From: an uncultured Verrucomicrobiae bacterium
GTDB lineage: Bacteria; Verrucomicrobiota; Verrucomicrobiia; Limisphaerales; JAFGQR01
Length of the DNA: 64,000 nucleotides
Direction: 5' to 3'
NCBI GenBank assembly: GCA_963788655.1
Contig: CAWBHS010000038.1
Coordinates: 128,001 to 192,000 of the forward strand
The position numbers and the translations under genes are program-made. Within the stretch, counting starts at the first letter, position 1; each line of letters opens with the position of its first letter. Positions 22,594 through 33,395 of this stretch are shown piece after piece. The notes beneath the pieces are model-generated. The model made no database searches. It was not told the origin of the DNA and saw nothing but the letters and a program-made list of their open reading frames with translations.

Positions 22594-24505
22594 AACTCGA
22601 CGCCAAAATACCTTCCGGCCCCATGGCCGAAAAATGGGACCGGCACAAGTTTGACATCAAGCTCGTCAACCCGGCCAATAAGCGGAAATACGAAGTCATT
22701 GTGGTCGGTTCCGGACTGGCCGGCGCTTCGGGTGCCGCCACCCTGGCGGAACTGGGTTACCAGGTGAAATGCTTTTGCTACCAGGACAGCCCGCGTCGGG
22801 CCCACAGCATCGCCGCCCAGGGCGGCATCAACGCGGCCAAGAATTACCCCAACGACGGCGACAGCGTGTACCGCCTGTTTTACGACACGATCAAAGGCGG
22901 CGACTTCCGGTCGCGCGAAGCCAATGTGTATCGCCTGGCGCAGGTGAGCGTGAACATCATTGACCAATGCGTGGCGCAAGGCGTGCCGTTCGCCCGCGAA
23001 TACGGCGGGCTGCTGGACAATCGTTCCTTCGGCGGCGCGCAGGTGTCGCGGACGTTTTATGCGCGCGGGCAGACGGGGCAACAGCTCCTGCTGGGCGCTT
23101 ACCAGGCCCTGGCCCGGCAGATCGGCAAGGGCACCGTAAAGATGTTCCCGCGGACCGAGATGGTTGAGCTGGTGCTGGTCGATGGCCATGCCAAGGGAAT
23201 TGTGGTGCGCAACCTGGTCACCGGCGAGATCAGTTCGCACGCGGCCGATGCGGTCGTGCTGGCCACCGGCGGTTATGGCAATACGTTCTTCCTTTCGACC
23301 AACGCGGTGGGCTGCAACGTGACGGCAACCTTTCGCGCTTACAAGAAAGGCGCTTGTTTCGCCAATCCGTGTTATACCCAAATCCATCCCACGTGCATTC
23401 CAGTCAGCGGCGAACATCAGTCCAAGCTGACGCTGATGTCGGAGTCGCTTCGCAATGACGGACGCGTGTGGGTGCCGAAGAAGAAAGGCGATCAGCGTAA
23501 GCCGCCGGGACGATTCCCGAAGCCGAACGCGATTATTATCTCGAACGCAAGTATCCCAGCTTTGGCAACCTGGCGCCGCGCGACATCTCGTCTCGTTCTG
23601 CCAAGGAAGTCTGCGACGACGGCCGCGGGGTAGGGCCGAGCGGGCTGGGCGTGTATCTCGATTTTGCCGACGCCATCAACCGGGTCGGCGAAAACACCAT
23701 TCGCGAGCGCTACGGCAACCTGTTCGAAATGTATGAGCGCATCACCGGCGAAAACGCCTATCAGCAGCCGATGCGCATTTTCCCCGCGGTGCATTACGCC
23801 ATGGGCGGGCTGTGGGTGGATTACAATTTGATGAGCAACGTGCCCGGCCTGTTCGTGGTCGGCGAAGCCAATTTCTCCGATCACGGCGCCAATCGCCTGG
23901 GCGCCAGCGCGCTGATGCAAGGCTTGGCGGACGGATATTTTGTTCTGCCGTACACGATTGGCAATTACTTCGCCTCGGAAAAGCGGGAACGACCCGCGCC
24001 CACGCATCCTGAGTTCAAGCAAGCGGAGGAGAAATTCCAGGCCTTCACCAAGAAGCTGCTGTCGATCAATGGCAATCGCACGGTCCGCTCACTCCACCGC
24101 GAATTGGGCAAGCTGTTGTGGAACGACTGCGGCATGGCGCGTAGCCAGGAAAGCCTGACGCAGGCGCTGAAACGCATCCCGGAATTGCGCGAAGAGTTTT
24201 GGAAGAACGTGAAGGTGACCGGGGAAAATGGCGAACTCAACCAGATGCTGGAATACGCCGGGCGGGTGGCGGACTTCCTTGAATTTGCCGAATTGCTTTG
24301 TCTGGACGCGCTGACCCGCGAGGAGTCGTGCGGCGGCCATTTCCGCGTGGAACATCAAACCGAAGAAGGCGAAGCCAAACGGGACGATGCCAACTTTTCG
24401 CACGTCAGCGCCTGGGAATACCAGGGCCAGGACAAGCCGCCGGTGTTGCACAAGGAACCGTTGGTCTATGACGAAGTCCACATGTCCACGCGGAGTTACA
24501 AGTAA
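22590..24505 (+). CDS. sdhA: Succinate dehydrogenase/fumarate reductase flavoprotein (frameshift near 23505)
   Basis: [48 protein letters not shown]. Confidence 0.95.
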
Positions 24506-24532
24506 GCAAACACAGTCGAAACGAATTGGTTC

Positions 24533-25285
24533 ATGAATCTCACTCTGAAAGTCTGGCGGCAAAAGAATGCCAATACTCCGGGCCGGTTTGAAACCTACGA
24601 GGCCAAGGATGTTTCCCCGGACATGTCCTTTCTCGAAATGCTCGACGTGGTCAACGAGGAACTCGTCACCCGCGGCGAATCGCCGATTGCATTCGACTCG
24701 GACTGCCGCGAAGGCATCTGCGGCACCTGTTCGCTGGTGATTAACGGCGTCCCGCATGGCGGCCACAAGGGCACGACCGTTTGCCAACTCCACATGCGGC
24801 ATTTCCATGATGGCCAGACGCTCACCATCGAACCTTGGCGCGCCAAGCCGTTTCCGCTGCTCAAGGACTTGATTGTCGATCGGAACGCCTTTGATCGCAT
24901 TATTCAGGCGGGCGGCTTTGTTTCCGTCCGCACGGGCGGTGCGCCGGATGCCAACTTGATTCCCATTCCGAAGCCGGTGGCCGATCTGGCCATGGACGCG
25001 GCCGCGTGCATTGGCTGCGGGGCCTGCGTGGCCGCCTGCAAGAACGCCAGCGCCATGCTGTTCGTGGCCGCGAAAGTATCGCACCTCGGTTTGTTGCCGC
25101 AGGGCAAGGCCGAACAGGACCGCCGGGTTCTCAACATGGTGCAAACCATGGACGCCGAAGGCTTCGGCAATTGCACGGTGACCGGTTCGTGCGAGGCGGT
25201 CTGCCCGAAGGAGATCACCTTGGACTTCATCTCCCGCATGAACCGCGACTACGGGTGGGCCTTGATCAAAGGCCAACCGGTCTGA
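24533..25285 (+). CDS. sdhB: Succinate dehydrogenase iron-sulfur subunit
   Basis: [31 protein letters not shown]. Confidence 0.95.
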   Translation: MNLTLKVWRQKNANTPGRFETYEAKDVSPDMSFLEMLDVVNEELVTRGESPIAFDSDCREGICGTCSLVINGVPHGGHKGTTVCQLHMRHFHDGQTLTIEPWRAKPFPLLKDLIVDRNAFDRIIQAGGFVSVRTGGAPDANLIPIPKPVADLAMDAAACIGCGACVAACKNASAMLFVAAKVSHLGLLPQGKAEQDRRVLNMVQTMDAEGFGNCTVTGSCEAVCPKEITLDFISRMNRDYGWALIKGQPV

Positions 25286-25346
25286 TGGTTCGGAGATCCG
25301 GGCCCGAACATCTTTAGGATGCTCCTCGATAAAGGGCGCCTCCTTC

Positions 25347-25540
25347 CCCCTCACCCCGGCCCTCTCCCTCGGGGAGAGGGAGAATCGAACTCCGCCGGTT
25401 TGAAATGGTGGAGGTGTTTGGTGCTTCGGGCGGGCTGGTATGCGAACAGGCAAGACTGGAGTTTGGAATCGGTGCTTCCGAGTATCTGGCAACCTCCGAC
25501 TGCTGTTCCCTCTCCCTGGGGAGAGGGTTAGGGTGAAGGG
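25347..25540. repeat. Inverted pair of REP-like palindromes
   Basis: CCCCTCACCCCGGCCCTCTCCCTCGGGGAGAGGG and the inverted CCCTCTCCCTGGGGAGAGGGTTAGGGTGAAGGG. Confidence 0.8.
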
Positions 25541-25678
25541 AAACTGGCGGCTACGGAAGTTTCGCTGGGCGCTCAAATTTTGCGCGCTTCGCCAGCAAAG
25601 CCGGACGCTTCCCGCAACCAGTGACCTCCCAACCATTCCGCCATTCTGCGCTTCCCAAGTGCGGCTGCGCCCGCTTAA

Positions 25679-26374
25679 ATGGCCGCGATGAAGCATGCAG
25701 GCAAAGCCCGACGCGCCGGTTGGCAGATTATCTTTTGGACCCTCGTCCTGTTGCTGGCGATGGTCGTTGGCGGAGTGGTGGTCACGGTGGTCAGCTCATT
25801 GGTTGCCGTCATCGCGGCGGTGTTGGTGGTGCTGTGGGTTCTGTTTGCGTTGTTCACACTTTATTTCTTCCGCGATCCGGACCCAATTGCGCCCACCATT
25901 CCCAATGCCATCGTGGCGCCCGCGCACGGCAAGGTCGATATTATCGATGAAACCACCGAGCGCGAATTCATGGGCGGGCCGTGCCAACGAATTTCAATCT
26001 TTCTCTCGATCTTCAACGTCCACGTGCAAAACGCACCGGTCAGCGGCACGATCAAGTATCACCAGTATAATCCGGGAAAGTTTCTCAGTGCCACCAAGAC
26101 CCATTCGGCGGAATTCAATGAGAACGTGCTGATGGGCATTGAGCTGAGCGAATATCCGGGCGAGAAAATCGGGCTGCGATTGATTGCCGGGATGATTGCC
26201 CGCCGGGTCGTTTCCTGGATCAATGTCGGCGAGGTCGTGACGCGCAGTGAGCGGATCAGCTTGATCCGGTATGGCTCGCGTTGCGATTTGTATCTGCCCC
26301 GTTCGGTCAAGATCCACGTCAAGCTGGGCGAAAAAGTCAAAGGCGGCGAAACCATCGTGGCGTCGTTCCCCTGA
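25679..26374 (+). CDS. psd: Phosphatidylserine decarboxylase
   Basis: FFRDP, APAHGKV, IFLSIFNVHV, IRYGSR self-cleavage motif. Confidence 0.9.
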   Translation: MAAMKHAGKARRAGWQIIFWTLVLLLAMVVGGVVVTVVSSLVAVIAAVLVVLWVLFALFTLYFFRDPDPIAPTIPNAIVAPAHGKVDIIDETTEREFMGGPCQRISIFLSIFNVHVQNAPVSGTIKYHQYNPGKFLSATKTHSAEFNENVLMGIELSEYPGEKIGLRLIAGMIARRVVSWINVGEVVTRSERISLIRYGSRCDLYLPRSVKIHVKLGEKVKGGETIVASFP

Positions 26375-26379
26375 AGCTC

Positions 26380-27259
26380 ATGGATGTTACTCCTCCATCA
26401 TCAGCCAGCGATTCGGCGTCCTCCGAACCGAAACTGAAGATCTATTTCCTCCCGAACCTGCTCACGGCGGGCAACCTGTTCTGCGGCTTCATTGCGCTGA
26501 CCAAAATTGTCGAGGCCGATCTGCAGTCGCCGGATTTCCACAAGGTCATCCGGATGGCGTTGTTCTACATTCTACTGGCCTGCATCTTCGACTTGCTGGA
26601 CGGCCGGGTTGCGCGGTTGGGTGGCCGGGAAAGTCCCTTCGGGCGCGAGTTCGATTCGCTGGCGGACATGGTTTCGTTCGGTGCCGCCCCGGCGTTTCTG
26701 GTGCATCGGATCGTGCTGGCGGATGTCTTCCGGGATTTGCCGCGGTTGGGCTGGTTCATCGCCTCCATCTACCTCATCTGCGGCGCGTTTCGGTTGGCAC
26801 GTTTCAACTGCCTGGCCGCGGTCAAGAATCCGGCGACCACCGGTAAGGAGTTTCTGGGATTTCCCATCCCCATGGCGGCGGGACTGGTGGCCTCCGTGAC
26901 GCTGTTTCTGTTGTGGGTGGATGAGCATGATTTCCCGACCAGTCGCTGGCGTTACATCTTGCCGGTGATGATGGTGTTTCTCTCGCTGATGATGGTCAGC
27001 CGGGTGAAGTATCCGAGTTTCAAGACGTTGGATTTGCGGGCCACGCGGACCTTCCCCAAAATGCTGTTGATCGTGGTGGTGGTGGGATTTTTTCTGTTGA
27101 TGTGGGATCGCATCTTGCAAGTCGTGCTGCCTTGCATCTTCACGATGTATCTCCTATACGGATTTATTCGCCCGCGCATCTCCCGAAAAATGCGGCGCGA
27201 AATCGAAGAAGAAGAAGACGATGAGGATGAGGACGAACCGACGTCCGGCTCAGCCTTGA
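26380..27259 (+). CDS. pssA: CDP-diacylglycerol-serine O-phosphatidyltransferase
   Basis: PNLLT.GN, D..DGRVAR, FG.EFDSLAD, RLARFN. The frame reads on to 27597 into the next gene; the end is placed at the out-of-frame TGA after the acidic tail, assuming an indel. Confidence 0.85.
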
Positions 27260-27265
27260 ACGCGC

Positions 27266-28009
27266 ATGCTGGGCGACCATCCCAACCTCCTGGCGGCGTT
27301 AACCGGTTTTATCAGCGGCCTGTTGCTCTCCATCCCCGTCGGGCCGGTCAATTTGACCATCATGAACGAAGGGGCGCGTCGTGGTTTTTGGTGGGCCGCC
27401 ATGATCGGCTTGGGCGCGACGGTGATGGAAGTAGTCTATTGCACCCTGGCGTTCACAGGATTCGCTTCGTTTTTCGATCGGGGGTATGTCAAAGCCGCCA
27501 TGGAACTGGTCAGCTTTGTCTTTATGCTGTATCTGGGCGTCAAATTCCTGGTGGCCAAATCGGTGAGCGTGTCGTCCATCATCATGCCCACCCGTAGTCA
27601 CCTCGAAGAACGGATCGAGGAACGCATCGAAGAAAAGCTTCATCCGCACTCGGCCTTCATGACCGGCTTGGTGCGGGTCATGGCCAATCCGGGAGTGTTC
27701 ATTTTCTGGATCATCCTGGCGGCCAACTTCATTTCGCGCGAATGGGTGATGCCGAATCCTCGCAGCAAACTGGCATGCATCGTGGGGGTAGCGGTGGCAA
27801 CCGGCGCGTGGTTTTTCGGGCTTAGTTGGGCGGTATCACTGGGGCACAGGAAGTTCAATGAGAAGACCCTGTTGCGCATGGAGCACATCTCGGGAGTCAT
27901 TCTGCTGGCCTTGGCGTTGGCCCACGGCGGTCACATTGTCTGGCAAATGGCCCACCAACAACTGGAACTGCCGATGCGTGACAAGATCATGCAGAAGCTG
28001 CACTGGTAG
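27266..28009 (+). CDS. LysE family translocator
   Basis: IPVGPVN, G...G...GLGA, ANP, six TM helices. Confidence 0.8.
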   Translation: MLGDHPNLLAALTGFISGLLLSIPVGPVNLTIMNEGARRGFWWAAMIGLGATVMEVVYCTLAFTGFASFFDRGYVKAAMELVSFVFMLYLGVKFLVAKSVSVSSIIMPTRSHLEERIEERIEEKLHPHSAFMTGLVRVMANPGVFIFWIILAANFISREWVMPNPRSKLACIVGVAVATGAWFFGLSWAVSLGHRKFNEKTLLRMEHISGVILLALALAHGGHIVWQMAHQQLELPMRDKIMQKLHW

Positions 28010-28214
28010 GGAAGGCTGGTCGGAATTTGGCCAGGCGTTCGAAGTAACGTTTAGCCGGCGTCTTCCCGGTCGAATGAACCTCACTGAAGGAAAGAGCCAA
28101 TATCCAAAGACCAAGGTCCAAAGAAGTCCCAAATCCCCAAATCCAATCCAAATTCGCAGAACCTTCTGTGGATTATCTGGTCATTGGGCCTTGAGTCGCG
28201 ACCGCCGTTCCAAA

Positions 28215-28243
28215 CTGCCGGCAGGATGCCGGCAGCACGTTGG
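28215..28243. repeat. REP-like palindrome (second copy at 41074-41102)
   Basis: CTGCCGGCAGGATGCCGGCAGCACGTTGG versus CTGCCGGCGGGACGCCGGCAGCACGTTGG. Confidence 0.75.
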
Positions 28244-28326
28244 GCGCCGGACCCACCGAGTTCGCGCCCTGCAAACCAACCGTTCCTCATCCGGCATCCG
28301 GCATCCAGGTTCCCCGCGCCCTTTCG

Positions 28327-29237
28327 TCACTTCTGCTTCATCCGGCTTTCCATAACGCGGATGAAATTCTTGTATTTGGCTTGGTCCACATCCGAGGTGC
28401 TCAACGCCAGCGCTTCTTTAGCCATGGCCAAGCCCTCTTCCTGCTTGCCGGATTCGAACAGCGCGATGGACCGGGTTCCCAGAACGCGGTGGTCTTTGCT
28501 CTTCGCCAGTTTCTCCGCCTTGTTCAACGCTTCATTGGCCAGGGCAAAATCTTTGTGCTGATTCCGCATGTTGGCCACGATGGCAAACGCAAAATCCACC
28601 AGTGTCTGCACATCATTTCCAGCGTCGTTCAGGAGCTTGCGGCCGAGTTCCTTGGCTTTGGGATCTTCTTTGGCGGCGAGCTGCTGATATTCCTGGAGCG
28701 CATTACGGGCGGCATCCCGCTGCAGCGCGGCTTCGAGACTATATTTACCGGCGACCATTTGCTCCAAGGCTTCCTCCAATCCGGACATGGGATGCCCATG
28801 CCAGATAACTTTGCCCTGTTTGCTAATCACGAAGGCGTGCGGAATACCGTTCTGGGCGTAAGCCCGCATATAGTCCGCATTCGATTGGCGGTTGTCGTCG
28901 CAGGCGACCACGTAATCCATTTATCGCCCATCTTTTCCACGAACGGCTTTACCTTGCTTGGGGCCTCGTCGCTGATGCCGATCATGACGACGCCTTTGTC
29001 TTTGAACTTCTTTTGAATTTCAGTCAGGTGCGGGATGCTGACTTTGCACGGGCCGCACCAAGTGGCCCAGAACTCGACGACGTATAGGTTCTTACCATCA
29101 AGGATGTTGGCGGGTTTGCCTTTGACCCATTCCTTGATGGTCAAAGCCTTGGCCGCATCACCCAATTTCGCCGCGGTGACTGAATTCAAACTTAAACCGG
29201 CCATCACGGCCCCCAGGAGGAAGGTATTGAGTTTCAT
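28327..29237 (-). CDS. TlpA/redoxin-family disulfide oxidoreductase with helical C-terminus (frameshift near 28920)
   Basis: Signal peptide, EFWATWCGPC, GIP.AFVI. Confidence 0.85.
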
Positions 29238-29427
29238 AAAATCGATAACGTTCATTTGATGCCCTAAATCACCGCATTGGGCAAGCTTGAATGTGCGCAA
29301 ATTCAGGGGGAACGGGGCCAATTCGGGAAAATGGGTACAACCACTGATGGACACTGATTCAACTCACGCATTCAATGGCATCGTGCGCGCTGGGCGCGCT
29401 CCCCTGAGCTGGATGCCTGCTTACCGG

Positions 29428-30861
29428 TTAGCGGCAGCCTTTCAGAAAATAAGCTTGCAGCTCGCCGCAGCCTTTGATTTCGATGCGGCCGCGCGGTTCG
29501 AGGCAGAACTTGTCCTTGAGCCGCAGGTAGGTTGTCTCGCTGGTCTGGATGCAGCCGACCTGGCCTTTGGTCTGGAGGCGGTTCGCCACGTTGACCGTGT
29601 CACCCCACAGGTCGTAGGCGAACTTGTTCTGGCCGATGATGCCGGCAATGACGGGACCGGTGTGCATTCCAATCCGCAAACCGAGCCGCAAACCCCGGCG
29701 GACGTTGATCCGCTGGATCGCCTCCAACACGTCGAGCGCCATGGCGGCCACGGCTTCGGCATGGTCCTCGCGTGGCGTCGGCAAGCCCCCGACCACCATG
29801 TAGGCGTCGCCAATGGTTTTGATCTTCTCCAGGGAGTGCCGGGCTACCAGCGTGTCAAATTCGGAGAACACCTCGTTCAGAATTTCCACCAATTCGGTGG
29901 CGGTGATTTCCGTCGCCAGCTTCGAGAAATCCGCCAGGTCCGCAAACAGCACCGTGACGTCGCTGAAACTGTCCACGATGTGCGACTCGCCCTGCTTGAG
30001 CCGGGCGGCGACCTGGGCGGGCAGCGTGTTCAGCAACAACCGGTCGGTGTTCTCACGTTCCAATTGGATTTGCCGGAGGTAGGCGGCTTCCTTGTCGTGG
30101 AGTCGTTTCTTTTCGAGACAGGTTTCCACCCGCGCGCGCAGCAACACGGGATTGAACGGTTTGGGCAGGAAATCGTCGGCGCCCATTTCGATCCCTTTGA
30201 CGACGGTGTTCATGTCCGCGAGTCCGGAAATGATGATCACCGGGATGTCACGCAACCGGGCATCGGCGCGGATTTGGGCCAGCGTTTGGAAGCCGTTCAT
30301 CTCCGGCATGATCAAGTCCAGGAGCACGAGATCGAAGTTGCCTTGCTGGAGCAGGGTCAGCGCTTCTTCCCCGGTCAGCGCGACCGAGGCGAGATAGCCG
30401 CGCTGCTCCAGCAACAGCGAAACAATCGTGGCCGATTCTGCGTCATCGTCCACGATCAAAATTGAACTGCCCACCGCCGAAGTGGGAGGGGCCGCCGCCT
30501 GGTGCGCCGCCAATTGGCTTTCGATCAAACTGGAGAGCAACGGGCTCATCTCCAGACGGATCGTTTCGGTGCCTGGGGAAAGGTTGAATTTGGCGATAAG
30601 CCGGCGGCCGGCTTCGGCGATCTTTTCGAATTCGGGCACCATGTTGTCCCGGCCCAGCGCACGGGCTTGGGCGACGAGCCGTTCGGCGATGGCCAGCAAC
30701 TCATTCATCGGCGCGATCATGAGCTGTCGGCCGCCGCGTGACATGAAGAACGTGGTATCGACTCCGGACGCGCGGGCAAAAACCACCCCTTCCGTCGGTG
30801 GAGTGTTCTCGGCAGACGGCGGCAAATCCTCGGTTACTGAGGAGTTCAACATGATGCGCAA
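29428..30861 (-). CDS. Response-regulator-fused class III adenylate/guanylate cyclase
   Basis: Receiver domain ILIVDD..DL.MP; cyclase motifs VLFADL, KIKTIGDAYM, YDLWGDTVNVA. Start uncertain. Confidence 0.9.
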   Translation of the reverse strand: MRIMLNSSVTEDLPPSAENTPPTEGVVFARASGVDTTFFMSRGGRQLMIAPMNELLAIAERLVAQARALGRDNMVPEFEKIAEAGRRLIAKFNLSPGTETIRLEMSPLLSSLIESQLAAHQAAAPPTSAVGSSILIVDDDAESATIVSLLLEQRGYLASVALTGEEALTLLQQGNFDLVLLDLIMPEMNGFQTLAQIRADARLRDIPVIIISGLADMNTVVKGIEMGADDFLPKPFNPVLLRARVETCLEKKRLHDKEAAYLRQIQLERENTDRLLLNTLPAQVAARLKQGESHIVDSFSDVTVLFADLADFSKLATEITATELVEILNEVFSEFDTLVARHSLEKIKTIGDAYMVVGGLPTPREDHAEAVAAMALDVLEAIQRINVRRGLRLGLRIGMHTGPVIAGIIGQNKFAYDLWGDTVNVANRLQTKGQVGCIQTSETTYLRLKDKFCLEPRGRIEIKGCGELQAYFLKGCR

Positions 30862-31145
30862 CTATATGCTTGTAGGCGCGTTAGCCAGTTTGCCCTATTG
30901 CCGGTTAACAATTCATCCGCGCACACTTCCCTGCCGGGCAAACCGCAGTGAAACGTTTCAAAGCATGATCGCTGCCGAGATGGCAAACGGACTGTTCAGA
31001 GGCAGGAGCGTGCGAGGCAAGGCGAGAATCCGTCGAGCCCTGCCAGGATTTGGTTGCGGTATTGGCGTTCGGTGGCTTGGTGATCACCAACAAAAAAGCC
31101 ACCCGTGTTGGGTGGCAGTGCAACCATTTCCCGGTGGCAAACCGG

Positions 31146-31298
31146 TTATGCGGGAGCGGGATCCTCTTGCGCTTTCGGTTTCAGTGCTGGAGCCGCTGGC
31201 CTGGTTGCCGGCTTCCCGCTCTTGAGCGCGATCTTCTTGCGTTTGACGTATAGCTCACGTCGTTTGCGTTTTTCGACTTTGTTCTTTTGTTGACCCAT
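31146..31298 (-). CDS. 50-aa very basic small protein (below ORF track cutoff)
   Basis: MGQQKNKVEKRKRRELYVKRKKIALKSGKPATRPAAPALKPKAQEDPAPA*, with AAAGAG upstream. Confidence 0.65.
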   Translation of the reverse strand: MGQQKNKVEKRKRRELYVKRKKIALKSGKPATRPAAPALKPKAQEDPAPA

Positions 31299-31344
31299 AA
31301 ACTCTTTACTTTGTCATCCTGATTCGTTTCTTTGGGGAGTGACT

Positions 31345-31872
31345 ATGAAGTGCTGTACTGTCCAGTTCAATCTCATTCTGAGCCTGGCCTTGATAATGGT
31401 CGTGGCCGGTTGCGCCAGCCCCGGTCCCAACGGGGCCAGAGTCAAAGATCCGACCGTCTTGCGCTTCCATTTGGAAGTGAATCCTGATGGCACGGGCCGG
31501 AATAAACCGGTTAGCGTCAATCGCTCGACGCCGTTTATGGTGAATGTCAACAAGGAGCCCTTTGTGACGGAATATAACGTGATGGATGCCGCGGTGGTGG
31601 ACGACTCGCTGGGCGGGTTCTTCATCCACGTGCAATTCAACCACCAAGGCACCTTGCTGTTGGAGCAGTATTCAACCGCCAACAAAGGAAAACAAATCGC
31701 CATCTTCACCCAATTCGATGACACCGCCCGCTGGTTGGCCGCGCCGGTTTTGAAGGAGCGCATTGCCAATGGCGCCTTTGCCTTCACGCCGGATGCCAGC
31801 CGGGAGGAAGCTGAACGCATTGTCCTCGGGTTGAACGAATTGGGTAAGCAGGTCAGGAAAGACGAATTCTAA
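31345..31872 (+). CDS. Lipoprotein with SecDF P1-head-like domain
   Basis: Lipobox VAGC; V.F...G..LL.Q.ST.NKGKQIAI...AP....I.NG. Confidence 0.7.
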   Translation: MKCCTVQFNLILSLALIMVVAGCASPGPNGARVKDPTVLRFHLEVNPDGTGRNKPVSVNRSTPFMVNVNKEPFVTEYNVMDAAVVDDSLGGFFIHVQFNHQGTLLLEQYSTANKGKQIAIFTQFDDTARWLAAPVLKERIANGAFAFTPDASREEAERIVLGLNELGKQVRKDEF

Positions 31873-31890
31873 GCCTCCGCCGTAGCTGTC

Positions 31891-33132
31891 ATGGAACGAC
31901 TTTCTCGCCCCAGGCGGGCCTATCCGTCCAACCGTCCAACCCGCACCGCTGCTGACGGATTCGACCTGATCCGGATGCCTCCAATCCCACGTACGGCACC
32001 GACGCACCCGCACCGCCAACCTAAAGAGGCGGAGCAGGGACAGAGTGGATCGGGTCCGCCTCCTTCCGTTGGTGGCTACAGTGCGCTCCTCCGGTCTTCG
32101 ATTAGTGCTTTCCTCTCGGGCGCGCGTTTCCCTTCGGGCCGGCAGTGGCTGGCGGCGCTGTTTCTTGGCGCGGCATTTCCCGCGAGCGCATTTCAATTAC
32201 CGACCGCCAACCGTGCTCTGCTCGATCCGCGTCACGAAGAGGAGTTTTACGTCGGCACCGTCGGCAAACCGTGGACCAGCGGCATGTTTGGCTGCGTGCG
32301 TACCAGCGGCTGGCAAATGCACGAGGGTCTGGATATTCGTTGCTTGCAACGCGATAAATCCGGCGAACCGACGGACCCGGTCCTCGCGACGGCCGATGGC
32401 ACGGTTGTTTACATCAACGCGCGCGCGGCGCTCTCGACCTACGGCATTTACCTCATCATCCGGCACGTCGTGGAAGGCTTGGAAGTCTATTCGCTCTATG
32501 CCCATTTGAGTGAGGTTCGTCCGGGCCTGAGCATTGGGCAAAACGTCCAATCCGGTGAGCCGATTGCGATCATGGGTCGCACGGCGAACACCCGGCAAAG
32601 CATTTCCCGCGAACGGGCGCACCTGCACTTCGAAGTGGGGCTACTCCTCAACGATCGTTACGATCAATGGCACCACCACACCTACCCCAAAGGCGTCAAT
32701 GACCACGGCGTCTGGAACGGATTGAACCTGGCCGGACTGGATCCGCGCCGGCTGCTGCTGGACCAATATCAGCAAGGACGGAACTTTAGCATGCTCAATT
32801 TCGTGCGCTGTCAGACCGAGTTGTTTCGCGTGGTGGTCCGCGACATCCAATTCTCCTGGTTGCGGCGATATGCGGTCTTGGTGCAACTCAATCCGGTGGC
32901 CCAGCGCGAGGGAATCGCCGGCTACGAAATCGCCTTCAACTTCAACGGAGTGCCGTTCCACCTTCTGCCACTCGCCCCGTCGGAAATCCCCAGCCGCCGC
33001 CGCGTGCAATTGCAATCGGTCAATGAGGACGAATACCGCCTGCGCCCATGCCGGAAGCTGGTGACCAAGAGCGGTGGCCGCTGGAAGTTGACCGCGAGCG
33101 GAGAACGCCTCATCGACTTGCTGACGTATTGA
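31891..33132 (+). CDS. M23 family metallopeptidase (true start probably downstream)
   Basis: HEGLD, YSLYAHL, HLHFE. Confidence 0.85.
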   Translation: MERLSRPRRAYPSNRPTRTAADGFDLIRMPPIPRTAPTHPHRQPKEAEQGQSGSGPPPSVGGYSALLRSSISAFLSGARFPSGRQWLAALFLGAAFPASAFQLPTANRALLDPRHEEEFYVGTVGKPWTSGMFGCVRTSGWQMHEGLDIRCLQRDKSGEPTDPVLATADGTVVYINARAALSTYGIYLIIRHVVEGLEVYSLYAHLSEVRPGLSIGQNVQSGEPIAIMGRTANTRQSISRERAHLHFEVGLLLNDRYDQWHHHTYPKGVNDHGVWNGLNLAGLDPRRLLLDQYQQGRNFSMLNFVRCQTELFRVVVRDIQFSWLRRYAVLVQLNPVAQREGIAGYEIAFNFNGVPFHLLPLAPSEIPSRRRVQLQSVNEDEYRLRPCRKLVTKSGGRWKLTASGERLIDLLTY

Positions 33133-33395
33133 GCGACGGACAAGGATGCGTCAAAGCCAGAAATAAGGCGGTCAGGCTTGGGCCAAATCCAAAATCCGAA
33201 ATCCGAGGGCCGAAAGAAGCTTGAAAGCCGAATCCAAAGGGCGGTGATTGAGACGCATCTGACCAGACGCGGTCGTCCCGGCGGGATTCGGATTTCGGAT
33301 TTTTCATGGATTTCGGCCTTCGGTCTTCGGATTTACTTCGAACCGCACTTCCCGCTTGCACGGGCTCGCCCGGCTCGTTATTTGTTGCCGGCATT

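Noticed and set aside
24089..25696. 535-aa antisense ORF and similar long shadow ORFs
   Set aside because: Opposite to well-supported genes; expected in high-GC DNA.
27260..27597. C-terminal extension of PssA overlapping the LysE gene
   Set aside because: The extension is non-homologous shadow translation of the next gene; a stop was probably lost to an indel.
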